A DNA stretch of 26,113 nt from a virus (Duplodnaviria > Caudoviricetes), in IMG/VR virus record IMGVR_UViG_3300025277_000132, positions 1-26,113 of that record. One strand, given 5' to 3'. Shown one piece after another: positions 7,759-14,900 of the stretch (its first letter is position 1; each line of letters begins with the position of its first letter). Position numbers and translations under genes: made by a program. Below the pieces are notes generated by a model. That model did not search any database, had not been told where the DNA came from, and saw only the letters and a program-made list of their open reading frames with translations.

Positions 7759-9686
7759 TCTCTGACTACCAAAGATTTATTCATACTTCTAGATACGCTA
7801 GATGGAATGATGAGTTACAACGCAGGGAAACTTGGGAAGAAACTGTAACTAGGCTTGTTGATTATTATGAATATCATTTAAAAGAGTATGTTGGGTACGC
7901 ACTAAAGCAAGAGGATAAAAATCTTCTGTATAAGTCTATAGTTTCAATGTCTGTTATGCCCTCTATGAGAGCTATGATGACAGCAGGAGCAGCTTTAGAA
8001 AGAAATAACATAGCTGGTTATAACTGTTCTTATGTAGCTGTGGACAGCCCAAGAGCTTTTGATGATATTTTATATATACTTATGCATGGAACAGGCGTAG
8101 GCTTTTCTGTAGAGAGAAATTCTATAGGGCAATTACCTAAAGTAGCTGAAGAATTTCAAAATACAGATACTACAGTGATCGTAAGAGATAGTAAGGAAGG
8201 ATGGCACTCAGCTTACAAAGAGTTGATTAACCTTTTGTACGCAGGACAGATACCCAAGTGGGACATGAGTAATATCAGACCAGCAGGAGCTAAACTTAAA
8301 ACTTTTGGAGGAAGGGCTTCGGGGCCAGAACCTCTGGAAGATCTATTTAATTTTACAGTTAATAAGTTTAAAAGTTCTGCTGGAAGAAAACTTAACTCTT
8401 TAGAATGTCACGATATAGTCTGTAAGATAGCAGAGGTTGTAGTAGTAGGAGGAGTTCGTAGATCTGCACTGTTATCCCTATCTAACTTAACAGATGCTAG
8501 AATGAGATCCGCAAAAGGAGGAAACTGGTACGACTTTGAACCTCAACGTGCTCTATCTAACAACTCTGTCTGCTATACAGAAAAGCCAGATGTAGGAATT
8601 TTTATGAGGGAATGGCTTTCCTTATATGAATCCAAGTCAGGAGAACGTGGGATCTTTAACCGTGTAGCTGCCCAGAAACAGGCTGATAAATATGGTAGGA
8701 GAGATTCTAACTATGATTTTGGTACGAACCCTTGTTCTGAGATAATTCTTAGAAGCAAACAGTTCTGTAATCTCACTGAAGTAGTTGTACGAAAAGAGGA
8801 TGATAAACAGTCCTTAATGAATAAAGTAAAGGTTGCTACTATTTTAGGTACTATACAAAGTACTTTTACAAATATAAAAAATATAAGTAAAATATGGACT
8901 AACAATACAGAAGAAGAAAGGCTTTTAGGAGTCAGTTTAACAGGGATAATGGATAATGAATTAACTTGTGGACTGACCTCTAAGTCTAGATTGGAGAGTT
9001 TACTAAATGATCTTAGAGTATGTGCTGTACAGACCAATAAGGTATGGGCAAATAATTTTAGTATTAACACTTCTACTGCTATTACTTGTGTCAAGCCTAG
9101 TGGTACTGTTAGTCAGTTGGTCGATAGTGCAAGTGGCATACACACTAGGCACTCCCCTTACTATACTAGGACGGTTAGGGCAGACAAAAAAGACCCGTTG
9201 ACTCAGTTTCTTATAGAGCAAAAAGTTACACATGAAGATTGTGTTATGCAGCCTAAAGATATAACTATATTTTCATTTCCTATTAAATCTCCAGAAGGTG
9301 CTGTTACAAGAAATGATCTAACTGCAACTGAGCATTTAGATTTGTGGAGAGTTTACCAAAGTAGCTGGTGTGAGCATAAACCTTCTATAACTATTTCTGT
9401 TAAAGAAGATGAGTGGATGCAGGTAGGTTCTTATGTATGGGATAACTTTGATGAAATGTGTGGGGTTAGTTTCCTGCCCTTTACAGACCATGTGTACAGA
9501 CAAGCCCCTTATCAGGATCTAGAGCAGAGTGAATATAATGCAGCTATGGCTAAAATGCCTGAGAATATAGATTGGAGTAAATTATCAGAATTTGAAAGTG
9601 AGGATAGAACTACCTCTAGTCAAGAATTTGCTTGTACAGCAGAGGCTTGTGAAATAGTAGACATAGGGGATACTGCAGGAACGTGA
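7755..9686 (+). CDS. nrdJ: Class II (adenosylcobalamin-dependent) ribonucleotide reductase
   Basis: RRETWEE, MPSMR, YNCS, GTGVGFS, VVVGGVRRSA, TNPCSEI, FCNLTEV, TCVKPSGT and C-terminal CTAEACE; no adjacent nrdB small subunit. Confidence 0.93.
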   Translation: MISDYQRFIHTSRYARWNDELQRRETWEETVTRLVDYYEYHLKEYVGYALKQEDKNLLYKSIVSMSVMPSMRAMMTAGAALERNNIAGYNCSYVAVDSPRAFDDILYILMHGTGVGFSVERNSIGQLPKVAEEFQNTDTTVIVRDSKEGWHSAYKELINLLYAGQIPKWDMSNIRPAGAKLKTFGGRASGPEPLEDLFNFTVNKFKSSAGRKLNSLECHDIVCKIAEVVVVGGVRRSALLSLSNLTDARMRSAKGGNWYDFEPQRALSNNSVCYTEKPDVGIFMREWLSLYESKSGERGIFNRVAAQKQADKYGRRDSNYDFGTNPCSEIILRSKQFCNLTEVVVRKEDDKQSLMNKVKVATILGTIQSTFTNIKNISKIWTNNTEEERLLGVSLTGIMDNELTCGLTSKSRLESLLNDLRVCAVQTNKVWANNFSINTSTAITCVKPSGTVSQLVDSASGIHTRHSPYYTRTVRADKKDPLTQFLIEQKVTHEDCVMQPKDITIFSFPIKSPEGAVTRNDLTATEHLDLWRVYQSSWCEHKPSITISVKEDEWMQVGSYVWDNFDEMCGVSFLPFTDHVYRQAPYQDLEQSEYNAAMAKMPENIDWSKLSEFESEDRTTSSQEFACTAEACEIVDIGDTAGT

Positions 9687-9886
9687 GTGATGACCTTTAT
9701 AAAATTAAAGTAAAGTTAGAATCACGAAGGATGGGTAGACATTCCCATTCGGTTAATTCTACAAGTAGTCCTTTTGAACCTTACAGTGATAGATACTGGT
9801 GGTGGCTCGAAGGATGGGACGAGGCTGAGAGTGAAAAACAAGCAAAACGAAGCAACTCTGCTAGAACTAAAATTTATCCTGAATAG
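9683..9886 (+). CDS. Small protein with Rmf/CrpP-like motif
   Basis: GTGA overlap with the nrdJ stop. G...SPFEPYSDRYWWWLEGWDEA resembles the RMF pattern G...CPY...WLGGWREA. Confidence 0.6.
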   Translation: MSDDLYKIKVKLESRRMGRHSHSVNSTSSPFEPYSDRYWWWLEGWDEAESEKQAKRSNSARTKIYPE

Positions 9887-10052
9887 TTCTGGGCAGGTTG
9901 TAGTAGAGAAGTCTACAATCAGTCCTCAAGTATTCAGAGAGGTATTTGATAAAAAAATACCAGAGTATCCTAACACGGTTGTGCTGCATAATTTTATAAG
10001 AAGAGTTAATAATTTAGCGGAGCAGATGATTGAGGATTCACAAATATTTTAA
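9831..10052 (+). CDS. Hypothetical protein (73 aa; start revised from 9774)
   Basis: In-frame GTG at 9831 preceded by GAGG; this start reduces the overlap with the upstream gene. Begins MKNKQNEATLLELKFILNSSGQVVVEK. Confidence 0.65.
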   Translation: MKNKQNEATLLELKFILNSSGQVVVEKSTISPQVFREVFDKKIPEYPNTVVLHNFIRRVNNLAEQMIEDSQIF

Positions 10053-10173
10053 AAAGTTTGTAGAGGATACTTTACAAGGCGTTTTCTTACCTTGGCATAA
10101 CCCCTTTATGTTAATTTTAATAGTTGCACTCTTGACTGTACTCATATGTGCAATAGGACAGAGTGTACGTTGA
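10030..10173 (+). CDS. Small single-pass membrane protein (47 aa) absent from the ORF track
   Basis: TTG start with GGAG 7 nt upstream; MRIHKYFKKFVEDTLQGVFLPWHNPFMLILIVALLTVLICAIGQSVR. Fills the apparent gap and its stop overlaps a TTG of the SET gene. Confidence 0.65.
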   Translation: MRIHKYFKKFVEDTLQGVFLPWHNPFMLILIVALLTVLICAIGQSVR

Positions 10174-10592
10174 TAGACTTGTGGTGCAAAGTAGGTGTTA
10201 GTAAGATACATGGCGTAGGGATAATAGCTCTGAGTGATATTCCCAGAGGAACTGTAGTAACTAGCATACCAGAAGAATATAAAAATACACAAACTATAAA
10301 GTACCCTGTAGAATCTTTTAATGTAGAACAGCTTATGTATCTACACAGTATTAATTGTTTTGATATGAATAAGGGCTATGTTTTTGTTCCCGAAACGGGT
10401 TTTAATATTCACTGGTTACAAAACTTTGTAAATCATTCCAGTACTCCTAATTCTATTATGTTTCCTTTAGACTGTAATTTTATGCAAATTATAACTTTAA
10501 ATAACATAAAAAGTGAAGAAGAAATAACGGTTGATTTTACAAAAGCTTATCCTGCACATTATACAAAGGGCAAAAAGTGGGCAAAAAAATAG
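10146..10592 (+). CDS. SET-domain protein (putative SAM-dependent lysine methyltransferase); true start may be TTG at 10170
   Basis: SKIHGVGIIALSDIPRG (GxG motif), FVNHSSTPN (NHS motif) and IKSEEEITVDF (ELxxDY-like motif). Confidence 0.88.
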   Translation: MCNRTECTLIDLWCKVGVSKIHGVGIIALSDIPRGTVVTSIPEEYKNTQTIKYPVESFNVEQLMYLHSINCFDMNKGYVFVPETGFNIHWLQNFVNHSSTPNSIMFPLDCNFMQIITLNNIKSEEEITVDFTKAYPAHYTKGKKWAKK

Positions 10593-10617
10593 TGCCAGTA
10601 TTTCTACCAGCACTATT
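10583..10617 (-). terminator. Intrinsic terminator of the structural/lysis arm at the convergence point
   Basis: Minus strand AATAGTGCTGGTA-GAAA-TACTGGCACTATT followed by a U-run; 13-bp stem with two G-U pairs and a GNRA loop. Confidence 0.85.
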
Positions 10618-10635
10618 CTATAGTATATAGTTATT

Positions 10636-10860
10636 TTAGTTACAAACTTCTTTCCAAGTTTCATTATGGGCTAGAATCTGTTCTACAGTCCTGTCAGTCA
10701 TAGTATCATCTGGACTTATAAATATGGGACTTACCCAAGAACAATCATTTCCTTCAGCCCCTCCTCCAATTAGAGAGCAACCGCTTACGGAGATCAGACA
10801 TAGGAGTGCGAGAGATATTACGCTCGATCTTATTCCTAGTTTTAGATTTTTTAATTTCAT
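10636..10860 (-). CDS. Lipoprotein, probable o-spanin (Rz1-like)
   Basis: Basic N-terminus, hydrophobic stretch, lipobox-like VSG|C, short mature part with two further Cys; overlaps the upstream gene in another frame. Confidence 0.7.
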   Translation of the reverse strand: MKLKNLKLGIRSSVISLALLCLISVSGCSLIGGGAEGNDCSWVSPIFISPDDTMTDRTVEQILAHNETWKEVCN

Positions 10861-10966
10861 CTTTTGCCTGTGCTCCTTTTGCTATCTTGCTACCTGCTAT
10901 GAAGGAAAAAGCTAGGGGCAATAGTTTCATTAAACCCCCTAGTAGGCTGAATATACCACCCACCAC
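10754..10966 (-). CDS. Probable i-spanin (Rz-like) membrane protein
   Basis: N-terminal hydrophobic segment followed by a charged helix; the 3' half overlaps the lipoprotein gene. Confidence 0.6.
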   Translation of the reverse strand: MVGGIFSLLGGLMKLLPLAFSFIAGSKIAKGAQAKDEIKKSKTRNKIERNISRTPMSDLRKRLLSNWRRG

Positions 10967-11184
10967 TAGTCTTTGCCTGTCTGTTTAGCCTTGCCAAATG
11001 TTAGAGATGCCCATTCGATCATTTTATAAATCTTACCAAGAAAGGTGCTAGGATTTGGTGTTCTAGTTCCGTTTATCATCATGGATGCAGAGGCTACTAA
11101 GCCAAGAACTGCTCCTACGATAATGTCTCTATTGTTCCAAGCAACTTCCCACCATGCTAGTGTTTCAGTTACAGGTTCACTCAT
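10966..11184 (-). CDS. Holin-like small membrane protein
   Basis: AGGAGG RBS; hydrophobic helix IIVGAVLGLVASASMMI, then TRTP and amphipathic LGKIYKMIEWASLTFGKAK; adjacent to the spanin-like pair. Confidence 0.55.
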   Translation of the reverse strand: MSEPVTETLAWWEVAWNNRDIIVGAVLGLVASASMMINGTRTPNPSTFLGKIYKMIEWASLTFGKAKQTGKD

Positions 11185-11195
11185 ATTTATACCTC

Positions 11196-11432
11196 CTAAT
11201 GTATAGTAAAATCGCAGTCTGCAAAAATATAATCTTGACTGCCTAAGTGAGAACTACAAAAGTCGATACTGTCTATCGGCCCCTCGATATTTTCATTCCA
11301 GTATTTTATTAATCTTTTAAACCTAGGGTATAACGGTGGTTTATCAAAATCCTGCCAGATAAACTCTTGTAGTATATTGGGGCTATCTGGTAATCTATAG
11401 TATATTCGTGCAAAAATCAACTCTAAATTCAT
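11196..11432 (-). CDS. usg: Usg-family protein (start revised from 11489 to 11432)
   Basis: ARIYYRLPDSPNILQEFIWQDFDKPPLYPRFKRLIKYWNENIEGPIDSI matches the Usg pattern. The ATG at 11432 lies 1 nt after the upstream stop codon. Confidence 0.8.
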   Translation of the reverse strand: MNLELIFARIYYRLPDSPNILQEFIWQDFDKPPLYPRFKRLIKYWNENIEGPIDSIDFCSSHLGSQDYIFADCDFTIH

Positions 11433-11433
11433 A

Positions 11434-11676
11434 TCAATCTTTATGCAATCTGGCGTTCCACAGTTCAAAAAGAGATTTAGTTTTTTCATCTGTACTAGAT
11501 TTTAACGCATCTAGATCTGCTCTCAGTTTTACAACTTGTGTATATGTGTCCCTTTTGTAGATATCGTCTACATCTTTTCTAAGTTCGGCTACTCCACTTT
11601 TCAATTTTACAAACATAACCACTACCATCAATATGCCGAGTATTTGAGGCCAGTAGGTTACTATTTGCTCTGCCAT
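11434..11676 (-). CDS. Small membrane-anchored coiled-coil protein
   Basis: N-terminal hydrophobic YWPQILGILMVVVMFV followed by a heptad-like charged helix; purine-rich RBS. Confidence 0.7.
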   Translation of the reverse strand: MAEQIVTYWPQILGILMVVVMFVKLKSGVAELRKDVDDIYKRDTYTQVVKLRADLDALKSSTDEKTKSLFELWNARLHKD

Positions 11677-11700
11677 TTTCCTTTCTTTCCTTTTCTATAG

Positions 11701-11922
11701 TTATGTTAACCATCCCTTTATAGCGAGAGCGATACCAGCTATCCCCCCAAGAGCGATACCTAGCATTGTAAGCGTTTTTAAACTTCCCTTTCCAAAAGAG
11801 GCTAGTTCCATTAGTTGTAATTGGTGCTTTTCCACCTTATCTAGTCTATCGGACATTGCATCTACTTTAGTTTGTAAGGCTGCTAAAGAGACTCCTATCT
11901 CTTGTTCGGTGGATTTATTCAT
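11701..11922 (-). CDS. Small coiled-coil protein with C-terminal transmembrane helix (lysis-cluster type)
   Basis: LAALQTKVDAMSDRLDKVE coiled coil followed by LTMLGIALGGIAGIALAI. Confidence 0.7.
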   Translation of the reverse strand: MNKSTEQEIGVSLAALQTKVDAMSDRLDKVEKHQLQLMELASFGKGSLKTLTMLGIALGGIAGIALAIKGWLT

Positions 11923-11923
11923 T

Positions 11924-14900
11924 TTAATTCATTAATCTTTGCATTTGATCTACTAAACGTCCACCTTGTTTTAAATCAAGTCTTTCTTCTGCCCTTCTTT
12001 CCATTACAGTTGGGTCTGTAGCTGGTGGAACTCCTCTTCTAACAGATTCCGTTCTTTCTGCATCTGCTCTGAGTTTAAATATATTTCCTACCGTACTGTT
12101 AATTCCTGCTTCACCAAAACCAATAGAAGGTTTATAGTCTGTAGGAAGTTGATTAGCTTGTTTAAAATCATTTAATTCTTTTTGGTATCTTGCAGTTTCT
12201 TGTTTAAGTGATTCTAAAGTTAAATTCTTAGCTAATGTTCCTGGTAGTAAATGTACAAATGCATTTTTCCAAGCTGTTACATCTTTGCCTGTTATTAAAG
12301 CAGGGTCTTTTTCCATCACATTTAACACTACTCTCATAGAGTCTGGATTTTCTAAAAAATATTGTAATTGTTTTAGGGATTGCATCCTGTATTGCCTAAT
12401 AGATTGCTCCCCTAGCACCCATCTCCAGCTTACTACACCTCTAGATACGGCAAACATTCTAGCTAATGCACTTTCCATTTTTAGACTACTTGGAATACCT
12501 GTATTTCTGTCTAATTCTCTCCACACTCCTCCTATGTCAAAGGCCATCGCAAGAGCTTGGTTGACTAATTTTGCCTCATCATCATCATATAAGTATCTTA
12601 ATGTTGATTGGTGGTTCTGTAAAAGATCGTGAACTTCTGAAAGATCTATTGTTTCTGCAGGTGTTCCGTCCTTCACCCAACTTTTAAATTCTGTTCTATT
12701 CTTGATTGAATCTGCTACATATCTAGAAAAAAAGCTTCTTAGAACATCTACAGTTTTATCCTTTTGTCTGGCAGTAACAGCCCCGTTTTCAACTGCATTA
12801 TCTAGTATTCTAAATACGTCTTCTATAGGAGGTACATATCGGCTTCCCTCTGCTTGTGCTTTTGCATGTCTACCTAGAATAGTATTTACAATATTCAGTT
12901 GTCCTTCTCCAAGTGCAGCAGTCCAGTCCTTGCCCATGATTTCTAAATTTTCAACTTCTCTAGTAATATGATCTATACCAGCATCCATTTTTCTTGAAAC
13001 ATGAAATTTAGGATCTCTTGAGAATAAAATTTCTATTGCTGAGTTGTAAAGGATTCCTGTTTCTGAAGTTTCAGGTTTTAATAATTTTTCTAACCCTTTT
13101 AAGATTTCTTTATCTTCAGCGTTTTCTACTACTTTTGAAAGTTTGTTAAGTTCCTCTTTAGCAGAATTACTAATGGTATCTATTTCTTGTAAAAATTCAT
13201 TATTTTGTTTAGTTATTTTATCTGTATTAATTTGATCTAGCCCATAGATTCCTTCTTTTTCAGCTACTTGAAATTCTTGTCTAAAACTTTCCCAATTATT
13301 TACATTTTCACCGTACTTTTCTACATCTATGCTGGATTCTTCAAATAATTTTCTATATGACTCCCACCATCCAGCAGGAAGTTTTTTGCCTTTATTAAGA
13401 TACATTCCTGCACTGTCTAGCAATAGAGACAGCACATGATCTGGAACTCTTCCTAATTGTGGATCTGTAAAAGCTTTTGCAAATTCATCTGCAGTTCTTG
13501 CTGGATCATCAGAAGCTATAAAAACTTTTTCCCAAGAGTTAAATAGAGATGCTTTTTCCATATCTACATTTCCAGAAGCATCCTCTATCTCTTTCATTTT
13601 GTATGTATACTTGGATCGTTGTGGGCCTAGTGTAGTAGCCTCTGTTTCAAAAGGCTGTCCTATCAGTTGTTTGTACTCTCGATAAGCTTGTCTAGCTTCT
13701 CTCCAAGTTGTTAGCAGTTCAGTTTGTTTAGGTGATAACTCAGCAGATTCAAACAAATCCAATTGTTTAAATTCACTATCCCCTACAGTATCTAAAACTT
13801 CTTGTATTTTTAAAAGCCGTACTCCTTTTCTATTATTAATATTTGCATGAGCTTCTTTTCCTATATTGGATCTTACTTGATCTAAAATATTCAAAGGAAT
13901 ATCCATAGGAATTTCACTAGAAGGTACATACAAAATATCTTCTATAAAATTAGCTGTAGCTGCAGATTCTGCAAATAGTTTTGACTTATTAAAAGCTGCC
14001 AAAGCTCGTCCTGTAAGGGGATTACCTTCTGCATCTGCTGGTTCTTTATTCCTTATATCATCTATATTTTTTTGAAATTCATTCCATTTATTTCTTGTAA
14101 GCACGATTTTTTCTTGCTTACTTCCTGATTTCATTATTTTTATTCTTTTTCCAGCAAACTCTGAATCCAGCAATGTTTCCATTAAATCATCTAAATTCTC
14201 TGGGGTTTTAAAAGTTTTAGGTCTACCATCCGTTAATCTTTCTGCACTACCTCCTAATAATTTATATATGCTTTCTCTCCTAGCTTCTACAACTAATTCA
14301 ACTATTTTTGCAGAAGGGGGTCTAATTCCTGCTTGAGATTCCCAATTAATCATAGGAAAAAATTCACTGGACAAATCTATAAGTTCAGCACCTACGTTTC
14401 CAGCAGGTAGTTCTACATTCCAATCAGAAGAATATTTTAACTTATCATATAGTTCATTATGTGGTTTGGCTGCTCTAGATAAGTATCGTGCAGTTTCAGT
14501 ATTTATTTCACGAATTTTTTGTCTCGCATGTTCAGGTTGAGCTAATTCATCTAAGCTTAACGCCTGTCTTAAATTTAAACCTTTCTCTATCCTATCCATG
14601 TAGGGTTTATTTTTTACAAGAGTTTTTAATTTTTGAGACAATCCGTCTACCATTCTTTTAGCTAATATATCGTTAGCATTTTTTTCTGATCTTATAAAGG
14701 ATAATGATTTTTCTACAGATTCTTTAAAATTAATAAGATCAGGAGTTATATTTTGTTCATCTAAAGGATCTAGAACATCCTCCACAAATCTATTTAAACT
14801 TGCGATAGATTGTTCCTGTCGTTTTTTTATTGCAAAATACCTGCTCCATAATTTTAATTTTTTAGATAAATTTAAAGCTAGCCCACTTGTATTTCTACTT

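Noticed and set aside
680-9233. Minus-strand ORFs inside replication genes (680-1258, 1365-1568, 3759-4031, 4824-5072, 5805-6035, 7200-7478, 8711-9094, 9003-9233) and nested + ORF 9007-9201
   Set aside because: Fully overlap well-supported genes, show no motifs and have atypical composition.
10038-10988. ORFs 10038-10292 (-), 10724-10915 (+) and 10806-10988 (+)
   Set aside because: Antisense to better-supported SET and spanin-like genes and against the local direction of transcription.
11433-11489. N-terminal extension of Usg containing CGTPDC
   Set aside because: Lies within the upstream gene; the ATG at 11432 fits the family start and gene packing better.
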